Assembly: GCA_964430885.1 (NCBI GenBank)
Contig: CAYSHM010000008.1
Coordinates: 9,154-73,153 of the forward strand
Length of the DNA stretch: 64,000 nucleotides
Source of the DNA: an uncultured archaeon
GTDB taxonomy: Archaea; Thermoplasmatota; Penumbrarchaeia; JASLWR01
Direction of reading: 5' to 3'
In this document: in pieces, positions 9,251-19,734 of the stretch
How the letters are laid out: each line of letters begins with the position of its first letter
How positions within the stretch are numbered: position 1 is the first letter of the stretch
The notes under the pieces: generated by a model
The model's input: the letters and a program-made list of their open reading frames with translations, nothing else
Databases searched by the model: none
Told to the model about the DNA's origin: nothing
Made by a program: the position numbers and the translations under genes

Positions 9251-10486
9251 CTAATCACCTTTTTCCTCAATATCCAGAAGAGACCTGTATGTTTCCACTA
9301 GGTCCCTTGCCGAAACTGCCCATGAGAATTCACGTGCTTTTCTCATTCCGGCGTCCCTCATTTCCCGGGCCGCATCAGGATCTTCCATCAATCTCTTCAC
9401 ATTCCTGGCAATCTCTGCGGGATTCTCGGGATCCACTCTGATCTGACCATCACCCGCTACCTCTGAAAGCGCACCCTTTCCGGAATGAATGACCGGACAT
9501 CCGGAGGCCATGGCTTCAAGGACAGGGAGGCCGAAACCCTCTCCCAGGGAAGGAAACAGAAAACCACTGGCATTTCTGTAGAGTCCCGCGAGTTCACTAT
9601 CCGAAAGAAATCCCACCAATCGGATCCTGCCTGAGTTCCCGTTCCTCACGGCTGCCTTCAGAACCTCTGTGTCCTCCCAGCACTCCTGTCCCGCCCATAC
9701 CAGCAGTGGAGGGTTCTCATTGAAGAGGGACCTGTAGCGGTTCCATGCCTCGATAATTGTCCGAAGGTTCTTCCGGGGTTCCAGATTACCGACGCAGAGA
9801 AAATACGGTTCATCCTTACAAAGTGATATTTTCGCAACCAAAGCTTCTTTTCCATCCTCTTCTCCTTCATTCATGAATACAGGATCGATCCCATGAGGGA
9901 TGACACGGCATTTTTCCCAATTCTCCCTACCGTAATAATAGAGGATACGCTCTTTAGTATACTCAGATGGGACCAGAACAATGTCCGCCATGGAAACGCT
10001 TCTCTTGACGAAGCGGCCCCAGTAGAGCCTGACCTTTCCGGGAAAGAGCTCGGGCATGTCCAGGAAAAGCAGGTCATGGATGGTAACCGCTCTCTTGAAA
10101 CCCCGGGTCCGGGACCTGAACCAGGGAAGAACGAATTTAAGGGAATGATAGATTTGATGTCCAACGTCAAGGTTTTTTTCAGGATCCCTGAGATGATCGT
10201 GAGCTAGTTTGGACGCTGTTGAACTTGTATCCGAGACCATGAACCTGATACTGTGTCCTTCAAAACTCATAGTATCCTTTTTGGTACCGTCGGCAAGACC
10301 TCTGACCCTTTCATCCCGGTCCATATCCTCTCGACTGACAAGTATTGTCAGAGCCTTAAAACTGGATGCGAATTGAGCGATCAGGGTCTCCAGCAGGTTT
10401 ATTCCGTAACGGCCTATACCGCTGCGGTGAACTCCCAAGGCATCCCTGGCATTTATCACTACACGCATCGAATAACCTCTGATCAC
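9251..10486 (-). CDS. GT4 family glycosyltransferase
   Basis: SGIGRY, TIHDL, VGNLEPRKN, FPSLGEGFGLPVLEAMASGCPV. Confidence 0.92.
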   Translation of the reverse strand: MIRGYSMRVVINARDALGVHRSGIGRYGINLLETLIAQFASSFKALTILVSREDMDRDERVRGLADGTKKDTMSFEGHSIRFMVSDTSSTASKLAHDHLRDPEKNLDVGHQIYHSLKFVLPWFRSRTRGFKRAVTIHDLLFLDMPELFPGKVRLYWGRFVKRSVSMADIVLVPSEYTKERILYYYGRENWEKCRVIPHGIDPVFMNEGEEDGKEALVAKISLCKDEPYFLCVGNLEPRKNLRTIIEAWNRYRSLFNENPPLLVWAGQECWEDTEVLKAAVRNGNSGRIRLVGFLSDSELAGLYRNASGFLFPSLGEGFGLPVLEAMASGCPVIHSGKGALSEVAGDGQIRVDPENPAEIARNVKRLMEDPDAAREMRDAGMRKAREFSWAVSARDLVETYRSLLDIEEKGD

Positions 10487-11109
10487 GATATTTTCAAATA
10501 AGCGATTGCATCGTCAATTATCTTCCGGTGATCGAAGGCCATCTCTTGGGGGAGTTCATCAAAAGGGGTCCAGAATACATCAGAGGCATCGTCTCCCGCC
10601 TTCAGTTCACCTCCGGTGATCTTCAGAAGATAGGCTGCGCTCACAGTATGGCCCCGGGGATCCCTTTCAGGATGGGAATAGACCCCTATCAGCGCCTCTA
10701 CCCGGGTCTCAAGGCCTGTCTCCTCAAGAACCTCCCTGGCCACCGCCTCCTCCAGGGTCTCCCCGTAATCAAGAAATCCCCCTGGCAGGGCCGGTCTATC
10801 CATGAATGGAGGATTCCCCCGTCTGATGGTGAGGAGGTCCCTGCCTTTCATCACAATACCGTCAACGGTCAATCGGGGTTTTCTGCCGTATGCTAGAACC
10901 TCGGACATGCCTTCAAGCAGGTTCTCTTTCGTGCAGCCCTGAAAATTTTCGTGAAGGATATCGCGCTGGCTGCATAATCGGAGAAGCACCTCGGCCATAT
11001 TGTCCTTTCTCCCGCTGCACCGGGAATGTCCTTCTTTTCCGCACTTTTTATTGCTGCACGACGTGTCCCTGCACATACCTATTTCACCCCTTTGGAAAGC
11101 AATTAACAT
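10483..11109 (-). CDS. NUDIX hydrolase (ADP-ribose pyrophosphatase-like) with N-terminal extension
   Basis: Nudix box GGFLDYGETLEEAVAREVLEETGL, RDPRGHTVS, AFDH. The true start is probably the ATG at 11076, behind a GGGGTGA SD-like motif. Confidence 0.88.
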   Translation of the reverse strand: MLIAFQRGEIGMCRDTSCSNKKCGKEGHSRCSGRKDNMAEVLLRLCSQRDILHENFQGCTKENLLEGMSEVLAYGRKPRLTVDGIVMKGRDLLTIRRGNPPFMDRPALPGGFLDYGETLEEAVAREVLEETGLETRVEALIGVYSHPERDPRGHTVSAAYLLKITGGELKAGDDASDVFWTPFDELPQEMAFDHRKIIDDAIAYLKIS

Positions 11110-11221
11110 CCTTCGCCGGAATGAATATACCGACTGCTATAATAATGACCCAACCATTATATAACTTCATTTACGATTTACCCACGTATTTCAGTATATG
11201 CAGTTTTAGGAAGGTGGAAGG

Positions 11222-11965
11222 ATGAATATAGATGAGAATGAAGCTCCTCTTGAGGAAGAGGAAGAAGAGCAGGAAGAGATTCCAGTGGATGAAGGCCAGG
11301 AAGAGGAAGAAGTTATTGAAAAACCTGAATTTATACTGGAGAAGAAGGATGTGGATAAATATGAAATGCTGGTAAAACGGGCCTTCCATTCCCTTCCCGA
11401 GACTGTCAAGAATTCCGAACGGTTCACAATGCCTTCCATCAAGATCATTTACGAGGGAAAAACCTCGGTCCTGCAGAACCTCGGTGATATCAGCAAGACA
11501 CTGAACCGGGATAAGGAGCACATCTTCACCTACATGCTCAAGGAAGTGGGTACTGCAGGAAATGTTGAAAAGACCAGAGGTATCTTCAAGGGTAAGGTCC
11601 AAAGGAACAACCTTGAGGAAAAACTGCAGAAATACACCGAGACATTCGTGCTTTGCTCGGAGTGTCTCCGCCCTGACACCAGAATGGTGAAGGACGGAAG
11701 GACCCATGTCCTACAGTGCGATGCATGCGGAGCTCACCGGCCCATAAAGACCAAGAAGACAACCCTGACCTACAAGAAGGAACTCGGAATAGGAGAGACC
11801 ATTGAGGTGCTCATCTCCGATATTGGCGCAAAGGGCGACGGTGTAGCCAGAATGGGCAGGAACGTCATCTTTGTAACCGGGGTGACCAAGGGCGCAAAGG
11901 TCCAGATCAAGATTACAAATATCAAGGGAAACCTTATCTTCGCTAGAAAGGTCAAGGACCTTTAG
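11222..11965 (+). CDS. eif2b: Translation initiation factor 2 subunit beta with C-terminal TRAM domain
   Basis: ERFTMP, LNRDKEHI, ELGT-like EVGTAG, CSECLRPDT and CDACGA zinc ribbon, then TRAM motif GAKGDGVAR. Confidence 0.93.
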   Translation: MNIDENEAPLEEEEEEQEEIPVDEGQEEEEVIEKPEFILEKKDVDKYEMLVKRAFHSLPETVKNSERFTMPSIKIIYEGKTSVLQNLGDISKTLNRDKEHIFTYMLKEVGTAGNVEKTRGIFKGKVQRNNLEEKLQKYTETFVLCSECLRPDTRMVKDGRTHVLQCDACGAHRPIKTKKTTLTYKKELGIGETIEVLISDIGAKGDGVARMGRNVIFVTGVTKGAKVQIKITNIKGNLIFARKVKDL

Positions 11966-12062
11966 GCTCTAAAGAGCTTGGCTAGATTAAACCGGTCAGG
12001 ATAAGCAAAATAATAAATCAAATAAACCCCATTTCTAATCCCTCTCAAGGGGATGATGATAA

Positions 12063-14480
12063 TTGAACAGAAGGGCTTTCCTGGACGTGTTGGGATTATT
12101 CTTACTGGCCTTTACAATAAGGCTTATACTGGCGGAAAAGATGCCCCTGGATCTGGATGAGTCCTGGTATCTGGCCAATTCCCATCTAGTGTCAAAAGGC
12201 CTCATCCCTTACAAGGATTTCTTCGGGCGGTCTCCCTTTCTCTTATACCTTATGGCAGCAAGCGCATCCGTATTCACCAACGACATTTTCATCGGAAGGC
12301 TTCCCTCAGTTCTTTTCAGCACCGGAACCGTTGTGCTGGTATATTCACTTGCAAATAGGACGGCCGGAAGAAGGACCGCGGTGATCTCAGGAGCGGTGAT
12401 GGCCCTTGCACCCTTTTCACTCAGATACGGATATCTAGCCGTCACCGAACCCGTTTCGGTGTTCTTTGTTCTGCTGTCGGTATATCTGTATTATATATCT
12501 ACTGAACGAACCCTGCCGTATGGGGAAACTTGCTGGAGCACCTACCTGCTTTATTTAATATCCGGCGGAGTGCTTTGCTGTGCCGTCCTGACAAGACGGT
12601 CCTCGGCCATTTTCGCCCTGGCAATGCCTATCTTGTACATGCTCGCTTCATCGAAGACAAAAGGACAAAAGACAGGCCGGATCAAGGAATTCGCGGTTAA
12701 TAACAGTCTGTTCTATCTGGGGTTTGGACTGCCCTTTTTATTGGGACTTATCCTTATGTTCGGATGGGGTGATCTTCAAGTGGCCGTGGATATGTACGAC
12801 CTCAGGGAACTCTGGCGGTTCGCAAGGATGGAAAAGACCCTTATATGGAACATAAGAGAGCTGGGATACCAAGCCCTCTATGTCCTTGCTCCGGCAGTAA
12901 TTTTCTTATTGATCACCATGAAAAAACTTCTGAAGGATACCCTTTACCGAATATTCCTAGGTTCGACCGCCCTTATGGTAATCATTTACCTATCAACGAT
13001 GTTTCCCACGGGTACCATGGAAGGTCTTATCAGCTCAGATTCAGAGGGACTCCTGACGAGTATGGCTTTCATGGGCGGTCTTCTATTCTCGCTGATACTT
13101 ATTATCCAGCCTGAAAAAGGATTGGATCCCAGTCTCGGCACTCTCAAGGACAGGCTCTATTACTATCTGCCCTTCGCCCCGGCCCTGGCCGGTGTGTTCC
13201 TGATACCTGGGTTCAAACCCGATAATTCAACTATCCAATGGTTCCTGTACATCTATGTTATAACCTTCATGCTGCTGGTCCTTTACTCCTTAGATCCAAG
13301 AATAGAGAGGAGATTCGACAGTTCCACTTCAAAACTCTACAGGATCTGCCTCCTATCCGTTTATGCGGTATATCTGTTGGCCCTTACAGCCGCTCGGCTT
13401 CCAAACAGGGACATAGTTCTCATGCTGGCAGGTTCTCTTTTCATTTCAGCGGTAATAGGGGTGAAGTTAATTCTCATGTCCAAGGGTAAGAGGACAAGGA
13501 AAGTACTGTATGATCTGCTCACTAGAAAATGGTTCAAACCCCTGATGGCGGTCCTTTCCATCACCTCCTCCCTGGGTCTATTGATTCTTCTTCTAATCAA
13601 AGAAGATGTACTTGGAACATGGGAAAGCCTGCTTATTGCCGGGGGTACGGTGATCCTGCCGGCCGGAGCTGGAGCCCTGTCAGGGACGGAAAACTGCGGG
13701 AAGGACGGCAATGAAAAAAAGAACCCCTGCAGAAAAGGCTCCGCCTGCAAGAATAACGACGAAGAGAAAACAAAATACGTACTGCCCCTATTTCTGGCAG
13801 GCGTACCTTTCATATTCTATTTTGCAAGATCATGGTGGATGCCCATTTATTTCTATGAGATGATGCCCGGATTCAGTATCATGACTGGTATAGCTGCAGC
13901 ATATCTATGCTGTGGGTGCTGCAATAAAGAGAAAGGAAAAAAGATAGGGTTACGGTTATCTTGTAAAGTAAAGAATAGAAGCACTGGTTCCGGAGCCGGG
14001 CCTCTTTTTCTTCTCATTCTGCTGGTCCTTGTTATCATTACCCCTTTTGTGATAATGAATGATCCCTACAATATCTACCTGGGAGATACCCAAAGACATC
14101 CTGAACCAAAAACCATTCGAGATATCGGGTCATACCTCCGGGATAATACCAGCCCCGGGGAAGAAATATTCTGCTGGCCCGTCTATGCCTATCAGGCCCA
14201 AAGGCAGGTTCTCTTCAATATAACCCATCCCCTTATCTACAGCGAGTTCAGTGATGAAGAGGACGGGTCCATCACCTCCCAGGGCTATCCCGCAGTCAGG
14301 GGGATAATGGATAGAATGGAGAATGAAAAGGTGCGGTTAGTGGTCCTTGATGCCAATCTGGAGGATGTGTTCTTCACAGGCAGGGACTATTTCAGTGACT
14401 ATATCCATACCCATTACAACACGGTTCATTCCATTCACGGTACAAGGATCATGCTGAGGAATATAGAACCTGAAGAATAA
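12063..14480 (+). CDS. GT-C fold (ArnT/PMT-like, GT39/83) polytopic membrane glycosyltransferase
   Basis: DE motif after first TM (LDLDESWY), LIPYKDFF, GRLPSV; many TM helices; soluble C-terminal domain. Confidence 0.75.
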   Translation: MNRRAFLDVLGLFLLAFTIRLILAEKMPLDLDESWYLANSHLVSKGLIPYKDFFGRSPFLLYLMAASASVFTNDIFIGRLPSVLFSTGTVVLVYSLANRTAGRRTAVISGAVMALAPFSLRYGYLAVTEPVSVFFVLLSVYLYYISTERTLPYGETCWSTYLLYLISGGVLCCAVLTRRSSAIFALAMPILYMLASSKTKGQKTGRIKEFAVNNSLFYLGFGLPFLLGLILMFGWGDLQVAVDMYDLRELWRFARMEKTLIWNIRELGYQALYVLAPAVIFLLITMKKLLKDTLYRIFLGSTALMVIIYLSTMFPTGTMEGLISSDSEGLLTSMAFMGGLLFSLILIIQPEKGLDPSLGTLKDRLYYYLPFAPALAGVFLIPGFKPDNSTIQWFLYIYVITFMLLVLYSLDPRIERRFDSSTSKLYRICLLSVYAVYLLALTAARLPNRDIVLMLAGSLFISAVIGVKLILMSKGKRTRKVLYDLLTRKWFKPLMAVLSITSSLGLLILLLIKEDVLGTWESLLIAGGTVILPAGAGALSGTENCGKDGNEKKNPCRKGSACKNNDEEKTKYVLPLFLAGVPFIFYFARSWWMPIYFYEMMPGFSIMTGIAAAYLCCGCCNKEKGKKIGLRLSCKVKNRSTGSGAGPLFLLILLVLVIITPFVIMNDPYNIYLGDTQRHPEPKTIRDIGSYLRDNTSPGEEIFCWPVYAYQAQRQVLFNITHPLIYSEFSDEEDGSITSQGYPAVRGIMDRMENEKVRLVVLDANLEDVFFTGRDYFSDYIHTHYNTVHSIHGTRIMLRNIEPEE

Positions 14481-14515
14481 AAATAAAAACCGGAGCCAGG
14501 AGGAGAAGGCCCCGG
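14478..14515 (-). terminator. GC hairpin plus T-tract between convergent genes
   Basis: Minus strand reads CCGGGGCC-TTCTCCTCCT-GGCTCCGG followed by TTTTTATTTTT, just after the stop of 14534..17950. Confidence 0.55.
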
Positions 14516-14533
14516 TAGGATCAATTCTATTTT

Positions 14534-17500
14534 CTATTGCGGTCCCGGCTGCAGAAGAGCTTCAGTCGCTCCATAATAACCCCTGGCCAGGATTATTCTA
14601 TCAGTATATATTCTTGTATTGCTCACACTCCCCCTTAAGAGGATCATGCTCTCGAACTGAGTCTCCGGAAGGGTTGAGGTGGAATATACATAGAGCTTGT
14701 CCTCGGAATAATCTCTCAGGACCATATGGTTCTCGTCAACTTCCTGAAGGTTCAGGTCTCCCAGGAACTCAAATGTGACCAGCACTGAGGGATCCGCCGG
14801 AATGGAAAGGTCCAGAACGGTAAGTGTGGTGTTGAGCTCGATCTCCTGCCCGCCGTACTTGTAATCCCAGTAATAGTAGTAATCCGGCCCCTCAAGAAGG
14901 TAGGCCTTATCACCCACAATTCTAACATCAACCCAAGTGTCTCCAAGATCCAGTGCGGAGACCAGAACCGCGGTATCGTTGGTTCGTTCCAGGGTGTTCA
15001 GGGTTGCGTTTGATTGGCCGTCATACCACCTTGATACTGTGAAGATCACACCGTCAGCTACTCCAACCAATTCCCCGGGTACGCTGTAGTCATTCACTGC
15101 TGAAGGGGATAAGGGGTCGGAAAGGTCCATGACTTTGACATAGTTCTGATAGACCGAATCGTAATATACATAGTCATACCTGTACACTGGTTCATAGTTG
15201 GTCTGGACATGCTGAATGAACAGTTCACTGCCAAGGACCTTCATTATCCTGAATGAGTAGGAATCCATCTCGAAAGCTGTGGGTTCCGGAACATCCTCAA
15301 GGTCGGAAAGATCGAAGATATATAAAGTGTCATTACCCTTCTTTTCAGGATAGGGTCGGTACTCATCTATGGACTCGTCATACCTCCATGAGGAATACAC
15401 ATGCTCTCCGACATTGTAGAATACCAGATTGTCCTCAACCACCGCGAATCGGGTCTCCAGATTGTATATTGGATAGTAATAGTAGGGTTCCGACCGGCCT
15501 TTCTCCACCATGACATCGTCCTCCGCATATCCGTAATAGTCGTAGTAATTGTTGTAGTTGGCGCCGAAATGAATACCGGCTGGCATCCTTGCGACCTGTT
15601 CCAGCTGGATGAGTCCCTCTTCGGTTACATCCAGGGAATAAAGCACGCCGTTCACATCTGTGTCGTTGGTCCGTATATTCAGAGCAAGGATGAGGTTCCC
15701 ATTAACCTCGAAAAGCGTGCCGCCGTATGCCTCCAGGGGAACTCTGTCGATATAGACCAGATCCGACGGGGATGATACTGTACGGACCTCGGTTACATAG
15801 TTCTGATCGTCATTGATGATCTGCAGATAAATGCCATCGTCAATATAGAGGACATCCTGAATATCGGTACAGAGGTCTATTGTCTTCACCATCTCGGGGG
15901 TATCCAGGTCCTCTATGTCCACCACATACATGCCCTTGAAAGAAGTGGCTAGGATGTAATCGTCCACTACCCTTGTACGCTCCATGGTATATTTTCCGTG
16001 AACGCTTCCCTTGAGTTCCAGGTCACCTTCCTCGAGATCGAACTTCACTATCTGAATACCGGTTATATGTCCTTCGTCCCGGTCCCATGAACTATAGGGA
16101 ACTATAACTATGTCATGGGTGTCATCCACTGTAAGGGCCTTGGGCTCCCAGTTGGCCTCGGAATAGGCATAATCCCCTCCAAGCCGCACCCGCTCCTCCA
16201 TTACCACATTGTAGGGATCGGTGACATCGAAAAGGGATACCGCAACGTTTGTCTGGTTCCCGGAGTCATCCACACCCAGGGCAATTATCTTGAAACCTCG
16301 GACCTCCATATGGGTTACCCATCCCGGCATTTCAAAAACATCGCAGAGCTTGGGATCGTTTGGGTCGGACAGGTCCAGAACATCCAGGGGATCGATGGCC
16401 CTGGGAAGATGGATGGTGTAGCCCCGCTCCCCTGCGAACCGGGTGGCCATGAGCGAACCCTCGTCATCGATAAGAAGATCCCCCATGGGCTGGATCTTGT
16501 TGGGATTGCTGATATCAACAATATAGAGGCGCGATTGACCCATTCCTCTCCAGAAGTGGGATACCATCCTAAAGGTGTCCTCAAACTCGTCCATCTGATA
16601 CTTGTTGGTGACCTCTCCGGGGATCACGAACTCGTCCCTGATCTCAATATCTCCTGCAGGATCAGTGATATCAAGATAGGTGAACCGTGTGTAATATTCA
16701 TATGTGTCCTGATAGGGATATTCCCACATTGAATCTGGGCGTTTATCCTCTGAGCGGGTGGACCCCTTTTCATCATCATCGTAATCCACGGCGACTGCAT
16801 CGTTTGACCCTGAGCTAGAACCCCCGCTGACGTTTCCTTCCATGGGTTCGTCATCCGGATCAACCGGTTCCTCACGTTCCTCGAACTCCACTTCTCCCTC
16901 CTTCTCATCAGGGAAAAGTATGTCCCAGATATCATAGTCATTGTAAAAGTAATCATGCTGGGCCACATAGAAGGCTCTCCAGCTTGCGTGAACCTGGTTT
17001 GAATTACCGGAAAATGTTACCCTGTCCTTCATTCCAACTGTCTCAGGATCACCAAAATCAATGGAAGTAACAATGGTCTGGGGTTCCCAGTCATCATCGT
17101 AGTAACCGTACATACCGTAGTTGTTGGTGGTCTGATAGAGCACGTTCCCTACCCTTCTGGATTCTCCGGCATAACCCTCTACCTCGACTATTTTCAGTAT
17201 GACCGGATCACTAGGGTCTGCAACATTTATGATATATATCATCGTACCTATGGCCCCAGCACCATCGTCTCCGCCTTCCAGTTCCCAGTATCGGTACCAG
17301 AATGAGTAGTCAGTCCTTACGGTTACAATTGCCAGAAAATCAACCACATACATCTCCTCGGGGTAACCTACAACTGAACACTGTCCCTTCAATTCCGCAT
17401 TCTCCGGGTTGGAAATGTCTATAACGGACAGTCCCCGATACTGGTTCAGAACATAGATATGATCGCCTATGACCTTGATAATGTCTGCTTCCTCAACCTC

Positions 17501-17950
17501 CCTCGACGGTGTGTCATCGTTACTGGATTTATCGGACTCGTCTGCTGCCAATTCCTCTCGGGGTGCCCCCGAATCTACTTCATCATCATCATTTCCTCCG
17601 TCCCCATAATCACCACCGCCGTTCTGGGCGTTGTCAACATCGGACTGACTGTCATTGAACTCGTCCTTGCCCTCAAGTTCTGCAAGCTGTTTTAGATCGG
17701 GGCCCTTCACCGCCCGGGCAATACCGGGATCGATGGTGATTATCTCCGGTGTATCCACCTGCTCGGAATAATTTCTCCATTTCTCCTTTACATCATCATC
17801 AAGCTTGATCATATCCTCGGGTGTGAGACCGTTTCCCTTGTAGGGTTCTTCCCCCGCTTCACCCGCATCCTTATCATAATAATAGAATACCGTGCCCAAT
17901 CCTCCAGTGAAGATCAGGACGACCAACATCATTGCTATCAATTTGTTCAT
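14534..17950 (-). CDS. Secreted/anchored beta-propeller domain protein with LVIVD-like repeats
   Basis: N-terminal hydrophobic anchor; VEEADIIK, MDEF...FRM, ATRFAGERGY, DPLDVLDLSDP, VSLFDVTDP motifs of the secreted beta-propeller family; recurring hhDhSxP blades. Confidence 0.8.
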   Translation of the reverse strand: MNKLIAMMLVVLIFTGGLGTVFYYYDKDAGEAGEEPYKGNGLTPEDMIKLDDDVKEKWRNYSEQVDTPEIITIDPGIARAVKGPDLKQLAELEGKDEFNDSQSDVDNAQNGGGDYGDGGNDDDEVDSGAPREELAADESDKSSNDDTPSREVEEADIIKVIGDHIYVLNQYRGLSVIDISNPENAELKGQCSVVGYPEEMYVVDFLAIVTVRTDYSFWYRYWELEGGDDGAGAIGTMIYIINVADPSDPVILKIVEVEGYAGESRRVGNVLYQTTNNYGMYGYYDDDWEPQTIVTSIDFGDPETVGMKDRVTFSGNSNQVHASWRAFYVAQHDYFYNDYDIWDILFPDEKEGEVEFEEREEPVDPDDEPMEGNVSGGSSSGSNDAVAVDYDDDEKGSTRSEDKRPDSMWEYPYQDTYEYYTRFTYLDITDPAGDIEIRDEFVIPGEVTNKYQMDEFEDTFRMVSHFWRGMGQSRLYIVDISNPNKIQPMGDLLIDDEGSLMATRFAGERGYTIHLPRAIDPLDVLDLSDPNDPKLCDVFEMPGWVTHMEVRGFKIIALGVDDSGNQTNVAVSLFDVTDPYNVVMEERVRLGGDYAYSEANWEPKALTVDDTHDIVIVPYSSWDRDEGHITGIQIVKFDLEEGDLELKGSVHGKYTMERTRVVDDYILATSFKGMYVVDIEDLDTPEMVKTIDLCTDIQDVLYIDDGIYLQIINDDQNYVTEVRTVSSPSDLVYIDRVPLEAYGGTLFEVNGNLILALNIRTNDTDVNGVLYSLDVTEEGLIQLEQVARMPAGIHFGANYNNYYDYYGYAEDDVMVEKGRSEPYYYYPIYNLETRFAVVEDNLVFYNVGEHVYSSWRYDESIDEYRPYPEKKGNDTLYIFDLSDLEDVPEPTAFEMDSYSFRIMKVLGSELFIQHVQTNYEPVYRYDYVYYDSVYQNYVKVMDLSDPLSPSAVNDYSVPGELVGVADGVIFTVSRWYDGQSNATLNTLERTNDTAVLVSALDLGDTWVDVRIVGDKAYLLEGPDYYYYWDYKYGGQEIELNTTLTVLDLSIPADPSVLVTFEFLGDLNLQEVDENHMVLRDYSEDKLYVYSTSTLPETQFESMILLRGSVSNTRIYTDRIILARGYYGATEALLQPGPQ

Positions 17951-18064
17951 AATATCACATCTCCCTGCTTAATATTAAGTTTACAGTGATAATATTGTTT
18001 ATCATTATAAATATGGTTTTTGGAACGACCGTCGAAATGAAGGCCGTTTTTTGGATTTTCGTGC

Positions 18065-18928
18065 TCATATCTTCCTGATCCATTTGATCCTGTGAATCCA
18101 TCCTTTTTCCTTTTCAATATATTCGACTTCCCGTGATCTTTCAAAACTCCATTTTCCTGCAATATCCGCCTTTTCCGCACCATACTTGAAATGATACATA
18201 GCAATGCCCATATCCGCATTCTGCAGACCAATACTCCCCTCAAGCATTCCGTAGCCCTTGGTGGGTCGTAAATAGAAATCCACACTGCCTCTTTTATTGT
18301 CCACTGCCAGACGCCACGGCTGTTTGTTGGAGGCCGAAGGTGCCAGACGGACGCATTCCAGGGGAACTGCGTATTCCGAGCTTATTTTCAATTCCTTCAA
18401 TTTATTCCCCTTTGAACTGAAAAAGAGCTCAGACCAGGGTTTTCTTTTATTGGACCCTGCGCCGAATCGGATAAGTTTTTCCAGGGTCCTTTTTTTTTCC
18501 GCAGGAAAACCGAATGGAATGGACGCAGGCAGCATCTCATTTTCCTTTAATTTCATGATCTCCGCCATCCTGCTCCGCTTGAAGGTTCCTCCTAGCCAGC
18601 AGGTACCCAGGCCCATCTCAGTCAGGTACAGTATAATGGATTCGGTCTGATAACCAAAATCTTCCATACAGCCATTACCCTTTGCCACAACACCTAGTAT
18701 GTAATATTCAGCACCCCTTATGAATCCATAGGTACCGTAATCAGACAGCTCCCTTGAGGACATGTTTTTCAGTTCAGCTATACGAAAGCGGACAGTATTC
18801 CCGTAGGGACCTTTATGTTCCCTTGATAGAAGTGAGCGAATATTCTTCAGTATACTTGAGGAAATGGGCCTCCGGCCATAGGTCCTGACACTACAGCGAC
18901 GAATTATTGATTCTGGAATACCGTCCAT
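18065..18928 (-). CDS. Nitroreductase family protein (two-domain, TM1586-like)
   Basis: RCSVRTY, GLGTCWLGG, RLAPSASNKQPW, DMGIAMYHF. Confidence 0.88.
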   Translation of the reverse strand: MDGIPESIIRRCSVRTYGRRPISSSILKNIRSLLSREHKGPYGNTVRFRIAELKNMSSRELSDYGTYGFIRGAEYYILGVVAKGNGCMEDFGYQTESIILYLTEMGLGTCWLGGTFKRSRMAEIMKLKENEMLPASIPFGFPAEKKRTLEKLIRFGAGSNKRKPWSELFFSSKGNKLKELKISSEYAVPLECVRLAPSASNKQPWRLAVDNKRGSVDFYLRPTKGYGMLEGSIGLQNADMGIAMYHFKYGAEKADIAGKWSFERSREVEYIEKEKGWIHRIKWIRKI

Positions 18929-19050
18929 TTTCTTTCACTCCTTTAGAAAAATTGAACTGATGCATCAGCACACAAGCTGTTCAATAGAAATAAAACAATA
19001 ATATGGTATTCTCCAGTATGAGATAATTTTACCGGCACTGTCTCGGAAGT

Positions 19051-19479
19051 TCAATACTCCGATGTCTGGGCTGGTTCGCCCTGGCCTACCTTGGATGTGG
19101 CTTTCTGGCAGAAGGGACACACGCTGTATCTGACATCCACCATCTGACCGCAGGACAGACACGCCTTTTTCTGGGGCTGGGCGGGCTGCTGGGAGGAGGG
19201 CTGTGCCGGTGCGGATTCCGCCGTCGGGGCTTTATTGGCAGCATTGGAAAAGAATGTCAATTGATTAATGGCTCCGCCATTCTGGAGTACTATGGCCTGC
19301 TTGTGAACGTCGAACCATGAGATTATCCAAATAACCCATCCAATACCTGCTGCAAGAAGTAATATCTGAATTATTGCCTTCAACCATTGACCTATGTAGA
19401 AATAGCCTATTGCAAAGGGAATAATGTTCAAGAGCACTGCCAATGTGGGATTCTTTTCACCTCTTATCTCCTGGGCCAT
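19051..19479 (-). CDS. Small membrane protein (TM2-like N-terminus) with C-terminal zinc ribbon
   Basis: KNPTLAVLLNIIPFAIGYFYIGQW; Pro/Gln linker; CLSC...CPFC. Confidence 0.75.
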   Translation of the reverse strand: MAQEIRGEKNPTLAVLLNIIPFAIGYFYIGQWLKAIIQILLLAAGIGWVIWIISWFDVHKQAIVLQNGGAINQLTFFSNAANKAPTAESAPAQPSSQQPAQPQKKACLSCGQMVDVRYSVCPFCQKATSKVGQGEPAQTSEY

Positions 19480-19734
19480 TTTATCATCCTCTTTTCATGA
19501 AACTGTATTTGTTTTACTGATAAAAACTATATTAAATTGTACTGAACCGAATCAAATAAGCCATATCTTGATTATAATATTTTTCATTGGAATTCGAAAA
19601 CAGCTTGATATAATGCCTTGATGGAACTGATCGATGGATTGAAAAGAACAAAGCACGCTGTGTCGTACCGAGTAGAAATCAGGAGGCCCGTCACTTAATT
19701 GAGTAAACAGGCCTCGGTCAGTCCGGATAAGGTC

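Noticed and set aside
19683-19715. Hairpin GAGGCC...GGCCTC after serC
   Set aside because: Imperfect stem with no adjacent U-tract; at most an ordinary 3' end structure.
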